A stretch of DNA of 64,000 nt from Candidatus Poribacteria bacterium. Lineage in GTDB: Bacteria; Poribacteria; WGA-4E; PCPOR2b. The translations under genes and the position numbers were made by a program. Under the pieces are notes generated by a model that was not told the DNA's origin, searched no databases, and saw nothing but the letters and a program-made list of their open reading frames with translations. Below are positions 36,577 to 44,899 of this stretch, one piece after another; the stretch's first letter is position 1, and the number at the start of each line of letters is the position of its first letter. The DNA lies in the NCBI GenBank assembly GCA_022822005.1, contig JAJECO010000040.1, forward strand, positions 192,090-256,089, read 5' to 3'.

Positions 36577-37923
36577 ATGACTGAAGTTCAGAACGATGAT
36601 CATATTTTCCATAGAACACTGAAGCAGCAGTGGCAACAGATTTCTCACGGTGAGGGGGTCTATCTATTTGATACAGACGGCAAGCGTTATCTTGACGCGT
36701 GTGCAGGGGTGCATGTGGTAAGCATCGGTCACGGCGTCAAAGAGATTGCCGATGCTATGGGCGAACAGGCAAGTCAAGTCTGTTTCACATATAGCCGTTT
36801 CCTCACGCAATCGCAAATCGACCTCGCACAAAAAATCGGCGACATGGCACCAGAGGGACTTTCAAAAGTATTTTTCGTCTCCGGCGGTTCTGAAGCGACG
36901 GAATCCGCCATGAAGATGGCGCGAAAATATCATATTGAAACTGGCAACCCCAAAAAATACAAAGTGATTTCACGGTGGCAGAGCTGGCACGGCAATACGA
37001 TCGGTGCGCTGTCAATGTCTGGAAGGACATCATGGCGGGACGATTATGTTCCGTATCTGCTCGATTTTCCACACATCCCAGCCCCATACTGTTACCGATG
37101 CCCCTACGGACAGGAATATCCCGACTGTCATCTCAGTTGTGCGGACGAACTTGAGCGCGTAATTCATCAGGAAGGCAGTGAGTACATCTCCGCTTTTATC
37201 GCTGAACCAATTCTTGGTACGTCGGCAGCGGGGGTAGCCCCTCCACCGGACTACTACCCCACCATTCGGGAGATTTGCGACCGGCATAATATACTGATGA
37301 TCACTGATGAAGTGGTAACCGGATTCGGGCGCACAGGGGTCAATTTTGCTATCGAGCATTGGGACGTTATCCCCGATATCATGACCACTGGAAAAGGGTT
37401 GAGCAGCGGCTATACGCCGATCGCTGCAACTATCGCTCACGAAAAAGTCTACGACGCTATCTATAAGAAATCAAGCAGCTTTACACATGGACATACTTAC
37501 GGTGGAAATCCCCTATCGTGTGCCACTGCACTCGCCGTACAGAACTATATCGAGAAGTATGATCTCGTTACGCAGTGTGCACGGATGGGCGATCTGATGC
37601 TTGAAAAATTGAAGCCTCTTCAAACGTCGCCAATTGTCGGGAATATCCGTGGGAAAGGACTGCTGACTGGTGTCGAGTTTGTTGCTGACAAAGAGACAAG
37701 GACACCATTCGACGTTTCAAAAGGTGTGACCTCAGCCGTCGTGGATTTAGCCTTTGACAAAGGGGTTTTGATAATGCCCGGCGCACCCGGACTGATTGAT
37801 GGCGTAACTGGGGATCACATCGCTATCAGTCCTCCGTTCACAATCAACGAGTCGGAGGTTCTGCAAACCGTTGATGTGCTGACAGAAACAATTGACGAAG
37901 TTTCAAAACGTTTAGGATACTGA
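36577..37923 (+). CDS. Class III (omega) aminotransferase, PLP-dependent
   Basis: ...DACAGVHVVSIGHG..., ITDEVVTGFGRTG, TTGKGLSSGYTP (PLP lysine), aspartate aminotransferase family III. Confidence 0.8.
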   Translation: MTEVQNDDHIFHRTLKQQWQQISHGEGVYLFDTDGKRYLDACAGVHVVSIGHGVKEIADAMGEQASQVCFTYSRFLTQSQIDLAQKIGDMAPEGLSKVFFVSGGSEATESAMKMARKYHIETGNPKKYKVISRWQSWHGNTIGALSMSGRTSWRDDYVPYLLDFPHIPAPYCYRCPYGQEYPDCHLSCADELERVIHQEGSEYISAFIAEPILGTSAAGVAPPPDYYPTIREICDRHNILMITDEVVTGFGRTGVNFAIEHWDVIPDIMTTGKGLSSGYTPIAATIAHEKVYDAIYKKSSSFTHGHTYGGNPLSCATALAVQNYIEKYDLVTQCARMGDLMLEKLKPLQTSPIVGNIRGKGLLTGVEFVADKETRTPFDVSKGVTSAVVDLAFDKGVLIMPGAPGLIDGVTGDHIAISPPFTINESEVLQTVDVLTETIDEVSKRLGY

Positions 37924-37946
37924 ATTTTATGAGAAGGTGTCCCTTT

Positions 37947-39383
37947 CTAATATTGGTTATCCTTCGTGGTGATTGAACACCATCGGGCAGTGAAAAGGAC
38001 ATTCATCAGCGCCTCTCGTGCTGCAGATGTATCAATTCCTCGCAATGCATTTGCTGCATAAAAGCGATTGTACCGATTCTCGTCCTCTAACATCTCCACC
38101 AAGGCAGGTATGGCATCGTCCGTGGGCTGACCTAATTTAGCCAAAGTGAGCGCAGCGTTACGCCGAACCCGGTAATCTTCGTCCCGTAACGATTCGGATA
38201 GCAGCGGTGTTGCGTCAAGGCTGCACGACCCAATAGTTCCCAACGCCTCAACTGCATTGCGACGTACCCACCAGTGTTCATCATTCGCACGTTCCATTAA
38301 TGCTGGCACGGCATCTCCCGCTACCTGCCCAATCTTCGTCAGCACATCCACAGCCATCGCACGAACCCACCAATGCTCGTCCGCCAACGTGTCAATCAAT
38401 CCCGAAACTGCTTGTGAACCAATTGCGGACAGCGCTTGCGCTGCATAGCCAGCGGTTGGATTGGTACCATGTAGATTGTCAGGGGGTTTGGCAGTCGTTT
38501 CCTCAATTGATGCGAGGGTTTCCTCCCGCATAGCATCAAGTAGCATAGGTACGACAGGCTTTCCCATTTTGCCCAACGTATAAGCAGCGTTCAGACGAAC
38601 GGTTTCTGATTCATCACGCAAAGCTGTCATCAAAGCTGGCACGTCAGCCCCCGACACATCTGGTTCTGAGTGTGAATGATTCCCACACAGCCAGTTCCAA
38701 AGATCCACCGATGTGGCTCGACTTTCATCGTTTGCATCACCTTCCCACTCACGATGTTTATGATTCCAAGAAGGTCCTTGAGGGGGCTGCATACGCGCAA
38801 ACTGAAATTTGAGCATGTATCGTTTCTTCGTGCTGTAATTCGGCGTTGCCCGGTGCCACGCGTCAAAGTGGACAAGCGAGACGGTGCCTGCTTCACCGCA
38901 TAAGGGCGAGGCAGGTTCACTCGCGAGTTGTGGATCATCATGACTCACTTTTTTGTAGAATTGTCTGCCGGGGAGGAGGCCTGTTGGTCCCATGTCTTCG
39001 GTTGTCTCTTGGGGGTAATAGAGCGCAAGTACCCACTGAAAGCGCGGATGGCGCATATTGTGATCGAAGACATAACAATCCTTATGCCAACGCTGCCCTT
39101 TGCTGTCGGGAGGATTGAGGTGGCAGTGTCGGTGTGGGTTCAGGATGTAGCCTTCCCCCAGCAGGCTGGTCAAGGCACCCTTTAATGCCGGATGATCGAA
39201 GACCTTCTGAATCTGTGGGATGCGGGGCAAGATATTGTTACCGGTATTGCCCTCACCTTCAAACATCGCCTCGATCTGTTGATAGATGTCTTGGTGAAAT
39301 TCGGGAGGATAGTCGGCTCGAACACTGATATAGCCGTCGGTGATGAATTGTTGCATCTGGGCATCATCGAGGAGATTTGTCAT
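37947..39383 (-). CDS. PhyH-family dioxygenase domain fused to C-terminal HEAT/PBS-lyase-like repeats
   Basis: N-terminal 230 aa with ...RWHKDCYVFDH...VHFDAWHRATPN... (PhyH triad). C-terminal 200 aa with repeated ...DEHWWVRAMAVDVLTKIG..., ...DEHWWVRRNAVEALGTIG..., ...DEDYRVRRNAALTLAKLG..., ...DENRYNRFYAANALRGI... HEAT-like units. Confidence 0.65.
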   Translation of the reverse strand: MTNLLDDAQMQQFITDGYISVRADYPPEFHQDIYQQIEAMFEGEGNTGNNILPRIPQIQKVFDHPALKGALTSLLGEGYILNPHRHCHLNPPDSKGQRWHKDCYVFDHNMRHPRFQWVLALYYPQETTEDMGPTGLLPGRQFYKKVSHDDPQLASEPASPLCGEAGTVSLVHFDAWHRATPNYSTKKRYMLKFQFARMQPPQGPSWNHKHREWEGDANDESRATSVDLWNWLCGNHSHSEPDVSGADVPALMTALRDESETVRLNAAYTLGKMGKPVVPMLLDAMREETLASIEETTAKPPDNLHGTNPTAGYAAQALSAIGSQAVSGLIDTLADEHWWVRAMAVDVLTKIGQVAGDAVPALMERANDEHWWVRRNAVEALGTIGSCSLDATPLLSESLRDEDYRVRRNAALTLAKLGQPTDDAIPALVEMLEDENRYNRFYAANALRGIDTSAAREALMNVLFTARWCSITTKDNQY

Positions 39384-39675
39384 TTTCCTTCCTTTCGAAG
39401 TCCGTTCTTTGACCGGCAGTGAAACGTCTAAATCGTAATGGATTGTATCCTCAACTGGAATAAGATTGGTAAGCGGATATAATTATAACCGATACAAGTG
39501 TCGAAAGCGAGGATTATTGATTGGCGCAATTTACAGTTGAAAGAAGATGTGATTTGTGGTATGCTTTTGATTTGGTGAGGCTTCAAACTTTTGGTAAGGT
39601 TGGGACAATTCACCCAATTCAGCAGTTAGATCAAAAATGAAATTCGTATCTTGATTGAGGAAATAGAATATTCTA

Positions 39676-40365
39676 ATGCTTGAGCAGGTATCGGATCGAA
39701 TCTTTCGATGGATTGAGATGCACGGCGAAGCCCAAGGTACACCTTACCGGTGGAACAGCTATGCAATTCATATCCCTGAACATAAGGCACTTGTTCTAGT
39801 TGATCCGCTTGCAATGACCGAAGAGGAAGCTGCGGCGTTGGAGAAAATCTGTCCTCCAACTGACATAATTCTGACTTGCGAGTACCATCTGAGAGAAGGA
39901 GAACAATACCGACATCGCTGGAACTCCCGCCTTTGGGCGCATGAGGCTGAACGGGAAAGATATAACATAACGATTGACAATTGGTTTCATGATGGGGACT
40001 TTGTCTTGGAAACGGTTAGATGTGTTTTTGTCCCATCAGGATTTTATCCAGAGACAGCACTGCTCGTGCAGGGGAACCCAACTGTTCTCATCATTGGTGA
40101 TATTCTCTCAGGCGCACGATTTGATGCAGGTATCCCGGAGGAGCAACTTGGCATCGCATTTCCCGAGTACATTCCCGATCTGAGCTTAATCCGAAAGTCT
40201 TTAGAAAAGCTACAAAGCCTAGAATTCGATGTACTCTGCTTCGGACACGGCGATCCGGTTCATCGACAACCAAAAGGGAAACTTACAGAGTTTATCAAGT
40301 CGGATGAAATTTGGTCGGAACTTAAAAAAATAAAAAAAGAGCGAGGGGAAAAGAGAGCAGAATGA
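39676..40365 (+). CDS. Metallo-beta-lactamase-fold-like protein with degenerate metal-binding motif (hypothetical)
   Basis: Beta-strand / ...ALVLVDP... / ILTCEYHLRE where MBL enzymes have HxHxDH. C-terminal ...LCFGHGDP.... Assignment tentative. Confidence 0.35.
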   Translation: MLEQVSDRIFRWIEMHGEAQGTPYRWNSYAIHIPEHKALVLVDPLAMTEEEAAALEKICPPTDIILTCEYHLREGEQYRHRWNSRLWAHEAERERYNITIDNWFHDGDFVLETVRCVFVPSGFYPETALLVQGNPTVLIIGDILSGARFDAGIPEEQLGIAFPEYIPDLSLIRKSLEKLQSLEFDVLCFGHGDPVHRQPKGKLTEFIKSDEIWSELKKIKKERGEKRAE

Positions 40366-40436
40366 TGTCACCCCATGGGGATCAAATTAAGACAAGTGTG
40401 ATAGAAAGCGGCATAAAGCATTAGCGGTGAAGGGAG

Positions 40437-41072
40437 ATGTCGTGTAACATGCGTCTTGAAATCGGCATCATTGCGCTCGTTGAGGAAGTGTTAGAGGTTC
40501 CTGCTGAACGACGCGCCCAATTCGATTGGCTGATTAACAAACCGTTTTCGGCACATTTTGGTCAATACTATTCAAGAATTGTCGATCTCTTTGAGAAGAT
40601 GGGCGGCGATTGGGATGGCCTGTCCACAAAAGCGGATGGATACTTGACACCCGATGCCTATTTCCCCGCGCCCCACAATTTTATATTCGAATTCGATGAA
40701 CTACAGCACTTTACCACGTTTCGTCAGGCGACTTTGGGCGGGTATCCGGAAGATTTAGCTCTGGGCTTTGATCGCCAAGCGTATCTCCAATTATGCGTCA
40801 AACATCAAGAGATGGCGATTCGGAAGGGCACGGATCGCTTTCGGCGCAAGACAGCGGATTTTCCGTTTCTCAACGGTCGAGCGGCACAACGCGCCTTTTT
40901 CGATACCTTTCGGGACTGGCTGCCGCCGCTGCACGGACTGAAACCGACCCTGCGTTTAGCGGAATTTGAAGTCACTGACATTCTCAGCGGTAAGCTAACT
41001 GGAGACGCCGCTAAGGACCATATTCGCTCGTTAGTTGAGCAGCGACTGGCTCAAACGGAGTCAGTCATGTAG
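40437..41072 (+). CDS. Hypothetical protein
   Basis: 211-aa ORF between the MBL-like and CysK-like genes. No recognisable motifs. Confidence 0.35.
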   Translation: MSCNMRLEIGIIALVEEVLEVPAERRAQFDWLINKPFSAHFGQYYSRIVDLFEKMGGDWDGLSTKADGYLTPDAYFPAPHNFIFEFDELQHFTTFRQATLGGYPEDLALGFDRQAYLQLCVKHQEMAIRKGTDRFRRKTADFPFLNGRAAQRAFFDTFRDWLPPLHGLKPTLRLAEFEVTDILSGKLTGDAAKDHIRSLVEQRLAQTESVM

Positions 41073-41151
41073 TGTATGCCGAGCCCCTTTCAAAACTGCT
41101 CAACAGCAATCTTCTACACAACTCCGTTAGAAAAAGGAAGCAACACCCTAA

Positions 41152-42081
41152 ATGAGCAAACAACCGACCGGCTCCGTTTCTCTCTCAAACTATCCACTGC
41201 TTCAACAGATTGGAAATACACCGCTGGTCAAAATAGACCTATTTGCCGATGAGTTACCCGATGTAGAAATCTATGCCAAAGCAGAGATGTACAATCCGGG
41301 CGGTTCCATTAAGGATCGACCTGTGCTGCGCATGTTAACGGAAGCCATCCGATCCGGCGAGCTAACGCGTGACAAATTTATCCTTGATTCAAGCTCTGGA
41401 AACGCTGCAATCGCTTACGCTATGATTGGTACTGTTTTAGGCTACCAAGTCGAATTGGTTATTCCAAGCAACGCCAGCGAAGAGCGAAAAAAGCGGATTC
41501 AAGCACACGGTGCAAATATCATCTACACGGATGCAATCCTTGGTTACGACGAAGCCCTCCGCGAAGTCCACCGCCGACACGAAACAACTCCCGATAAATA
41601 TTACTTCGCTGATCAGTACAAAAACGGCAACAACTGGCGCGCACATTATGAGACAACAGGGGTAGAAATTCTGGAACAAACAGCGGGACGGATTACCCAC
41701 TTTGTCGCAGGGGTGGGAACAGGAGGAACAATCACCGGTGTTGGACGACGTCTTAAAGAGCATAGTCCAGATATTCAAATTTGCGGTATTGTTCCTGATG
41801 AATTTCCCGGCATTGAGGGACTCAAGCCGATGGGAAGGCCCGAAGACATCGTTCCAGAGATTCTCGATGAGAGTATTATTAATAAGAAAATCTCTGTTAC
41901 CATTGATCACGCGTATGATATGTGCAGCCGTTTAGCAAGGCAGGGGTGGTTTGTTGGCCAGTCCTCCGGAGGATACCTGCAAGGTGCTTATGAAGTTGCC
42001 AAAGAGATCCAAGAAGGCGTTATTGTCACCGTTTTCAACGATCTTGGGGAGCGATATTTCAGCACAAGACTGTGGGATTAG
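41152..42081 (+). CDS. Cysteine synthase (CysK/CysM) family PLP-dependent enzyme
   Basis: IGNTPLVK...NPGGSIKDRP (PLP-Lys)...DSSSGNAAIAYAM...GVGTGGTITG, tryptophan-synthase-beta fold type II. Confidence 0.75.
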   Translation: MSKQPTGSVSLSNYPLLQQIGNTPLVKIDLFADELPDVEIYAKAEMYNPGGSIKDRPVLRMLTEAIRSGELTRDKFILDSSSGNAAIAYAMIGTVLGYQVELVIPSNASEERKKRIQAHGANIIYTDAILGYDEALREVHRRHETTPDKYYFADQYKNGNNWRAHYETTGVEILEQTAGRITHFVAGVGTGGTITGVGRRLKEHSPDIQICGIVPDEFPGIEGLKPMGRPEDIVPEILDESIINKKISVTIDHAYDMCSRLARQGWFVGQSSGGYLQGAYEVAKEIQEGVIVTVFNDLGERYFSTRLWD

Positions 42082-42096
42082 AACGGAAATTTTCAG

Positions 42097-43128
42097 ATGT
42101 CTCAAGACTGTTTAGACACATTAGCCTTTTCACATGCAATGTATGATCACGCCTCTCGTGCGATGGCGTTTCAGGCTGCGGCAACCGCGGACGCAGAGAG
42201 GTGGCAGCGTGATTTGCGAGCCAAGCTCGTTGAACTGCTCGGTGGTTTTCCGGACGAAAGGTGTGAATTGCTGCCCAGAGTCACGGAAACGAGGGAGTTC
42301 TCAACCTACACCCGTGAAACAGTGCTGTTTCAAAGCCGCCCAAACATGACCGTTTTCGGCTATCTGCTGCTGCCCAAAGATTTTGAAAAGCCAAGTCCCA
42401 CTATTCTCTGCCTTCACGGACACGGACGCGGTGTTGATGACATCGTCGGGATTCAGGAAGACGGCACAATGCGGACCGAATACGGTGAATACCAAAACGA
42501 TTTTGCTCTTCAGTGTGTCGATCGAGGCTACGCTGCTTTGGCGATAGAACAGTTCGGGTTCGGACATCGTCGAGATGATGCGGCATGTCAACGGGGAGCA
42601 GGCAACTCATCATGTCTGCCTGCTTCCGGCGCGGCATTCCTACTGGGAGAAACCATGATCGGCTGGCGGGTCTACGACGCAATGCGTTCGCTTGACTACC
42701 TTTCAACGCGTCCGGAAATTGATATGAACCGGATCGGCGTTATGGGCATCTCCGGCGGTGGCACGACGACTTTTTACTCGGCAGCAATAGATGAACGGTT
42801 CAAGGTTGCGGTCGTCAGCGGCTATTTTAATACATTCCGCGATAGTATTTTGAGCATTAATCACTGTATCGACAACTATATCCCCGGCATCCTCAAGCAT
42901 GCGGAGATGTATGACATCGCTGGTTTGATTGCGCCACGGGCAATGTTCGTCGAGTCCGGCACAGAAGATACGATCTTCCCAATTGATGCAACTCGATTTG
43001 CGTTTGACCAAGCGCAGAAAATTTTTCGAGTCTTCAATGCTGAAGATCAGTTGGGGCTTGAGGTATTTGACGCTGCCCATAGCTTCCACGGGGTTGGCGC
43101 ATTTGAATTCCTTAATCAAAAGTTATGA
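42097..43128 (+). CDS. Alpha/beta hydrolase (acetyl-xylan-esterase / dienelactone-hydrolase-like)
   Basis: Nucleophile elbow GISGGG. ...LHGHGRG.... C-terminal Asp/His region ...ESGTEDTIFP...AAHSFHG. Confidence 0.6.
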   Translation: MSQDCLDTLAFSHAMYDHASRAMAFQAAATADAERWQRDLRAKLVELLGGFPDERCELLPRVTETREFSTYTRETVLFQSRPNMTVFGYLLLPKDFEKPSPTILCLHGHGRGVDDIVGIQEDGTMRTEYGEYQNDFALQCVDRGYAALAIEQFGFGHRRDDAACQRGAGNSSCLPASGAAFLLGETMIGWRVYDAMRSLDYLSTRPEIDMNRIGVMGISGGGTTTFYSAAIDERFKVAVVSGYFNTFRDSILSINHCIDNYIPGILKHAEMYDIAGLIAPRAMFVESGTEDTIFPIDATRFAFDQAQKIFRVFNAEDQLGLEVFDAAHSFHGVGAFEFLNQKL

Positions 43129-43158
43129 TGTATATGCAGATAGATTGACAACCACGAG

Positions 43159-43971
43159 GTGATTAGGTTGGAACGCACACCCGTTATTGAGTTGTTCTCA
43201 ATTGGAACCGAGTTAATCCTTGGACAGATCCAAGATACCAATGCCCACTGGATTGCCCAGCAGATCCTTCAGCTCGGTGGACAGCTACGTCGTGTGACGA
43301 TGCTTCGGGATGAGTTTGATGAAATGCTTGAAGCTATTGAGGATGCGATTCACCGGAAGACAGATCTGATTCTCACCACCGGAGGGCTCGGACCAACCCC
43401 CGATGATATGACTGTGCAGATTATTGCAAAAATTCTCGGGGTGCAGCCTGTCGTACATGAGGAAACATTAGCTTCCTTTATGGAGAGACGGGGGTTAACG
43501 GAACGAGACGACGCAACCGATGCGATGGTCAACATGGCAACGGTTCCCGAAACTGCTGAAGTCTTTCAGAATCCGGTCGGCTGGGCACCGTGCGTACGTG
43601 TCACAAAAGATTCGTCTTCAATCCTACTAATGCCGGGTCCTCCGCGGGAAATGAAATCCATTTTTGAGTCCTACATTGCGCCGCTGATTGCTGAACGCTA
43701 TAGTGCCAAAATCGCCACGTTGCGGGTTTATGTAAATATGTTTGAAGCGGAAGTTTCGCCGCTCTTGCAACAGGTAATGGGCGAACATCCAAATGTTTAC
43801 TTAAAGGCTTATGTCGCCTTGCGACGCGATGACAATCAATACATGCCCGTTGATTTGGTTTCGACAGGCAGTGACGAAGACAACGCCCAATCGCAACTTC
43901 AGGCGGCAGCCGAGTCGCTTCGTGTACTTGTTACCGAAAAAGAAAAGGTCTTCAGCCTTGAAGACCATTGA
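43159..43971 (+). CDS. CinA-like molybdopterin-binding (MoCF-biosynthesis) domain protein, N-terminal domain only
   Basis: ELFSIGTELILGQIQDTNAHWIAQQILQLG...LILTTGGLGPTPDDMT. GTG start. No C-terminal PncC deamidase domain. Confidence 0.7.
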   Translation: MIRLERTPVIELFSIGTELILGQIQDTNAHWIAQQILQLGGQLRRVTMLRDEFDEMLEAIEDAIHRKTDLILTTGGLGPTPDDMTVQIIAKILGVQPVVHEETLASFMERRGLTERDDATDAMVNMATVPETAEVFQNPVGWAPCVRVTKDSSSILLMPGPPREMKSIFESYIAPLIAERYSAKIATLRVYVNMFEAEVSPLLQQVMGEHPNVYLKAYVALRRDDNQYMPVDLVSTGSDEDNAQSQLQAAAESLRVLVTEKEKVFSLEDH

Positions 43972-44052
43972 TAGCTCTCCATCATGAATGATGGATTTAT
44001 GGAGCGGAAGATTTTGATAACCCCTTAACCCGTACAGAGGAGATACATACAA

Positions 44053-44523
44053 GTGAGAGGTAAAAGACCTACACAAGGAAGAAACACGTCGCCAAATAGA
44101 AACAGGTCATCACAAGGTAGAGGACCGGCGCAAAGTAGAGGACCGACACAAAGTAGAGGACCAGCACAGGGACCAAGCAAAAGCAGAAATAAGAAGAAAA
44201 ATAAGCGTGACTTTCGTAAGGATAAGGTTGAGGTTCACGCAGAACAAGAGGCTCAGGAGACCAAAGATGGTGTCCAGTCTCGAGTCCGAGCAAAGGAAGA
44301 CAAGATCGAGGTCCAAGGAACTGTGATTGAAACCCTGCCGAATGCTATGTTTCGGGTTGAATTGGACAACAAACACGAGATCTTGGCGCACATTTCCGGC
44401 AGAATGCGAAAGAATTTCATTAGAATTCTTCCGGGGGACAAAGTCCTGGTCGAACTTTCGCCTTACGATTTAACACGCGGACGCGTCATTTATCGAGATC
44501 CAGGACGACGATCCCAAGGTTAG
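44053..44523 (+). CDS. infA: Translation initiation factor IF-1 with about 85-aa basic RG/Q-rich N-terminal extension
   Basis: C-terminal 72 aa [68 protein letters not shown] is canonical IF-1 (S1-like OB fold). No in-frame ATG/GTG/TTG lies near the canonical start, so the extension from the GTG at 44053 is probably real. Confidence 0.75.
   Translation: MRGKRPTQGRNTSPNRNRSSQGRGPAQSRGPTQSRGPAQGPSKSRNKKKNKRDFRKDKVEVHAEQEAQETKDGVQSRVRAKEDKIEVQGTVIETLPNAMFRVELDNKHEILAHISGRMRKNFIRILPGDKVLVELSPYDLTRGRVIYRDPGRRSQG
44114..44170 (+). repeat. 18-bp tandem repeat x3 (agaggaccgGcgcaaagt) inside the infA N-terminal extension
   Basis: Read in sequence. Encodes SRGP(A/T)Q repeats. Confidence 0.6.
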
Positions 44524-44899
44524 ATCTGTCGCTCAACAACATACCTGATTACATTGAAGCACAGCATACATACACTGCCTGTCAATTATCTGGGGTGTGC
44601 ATTATTCGAGAGAAAGTGAGTTTGGGCACAAACCCTGCTCGGAATGCAGTTACGGTTTCTTAGCCTAAGATTGCGAGAATCGTAGCTTGTCCCGCTGGAG
44701 ATATTTCTCCATTTAACTTGCCTCCTAATCCATCGAGACTGTGTGTCACGACGGATACACTTCGTAATAATTCACACGCCTCAATTTTCTAACGTGATAA
44801 TTCTGGCTTATTGCCAATGTTGACATATCGGCTTGATTCGCCAAATCCATCATATCACGCCAGCGATCCATGTGGTCAGGTCCCCAGTCCGGAGGAATA

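Noticed and set aside
37030-37440. 136-aa minus-strand ORF
   Set aside because: Antisense within the class III aminotransferase gene.
44818-44850. TTGACA box upstream of the membrane-protein gene as a promoter
   Set aside because: No acceptable -10 hexamer at 16-18 nt spacing (aaatcc or aatcca). Left uncalled.
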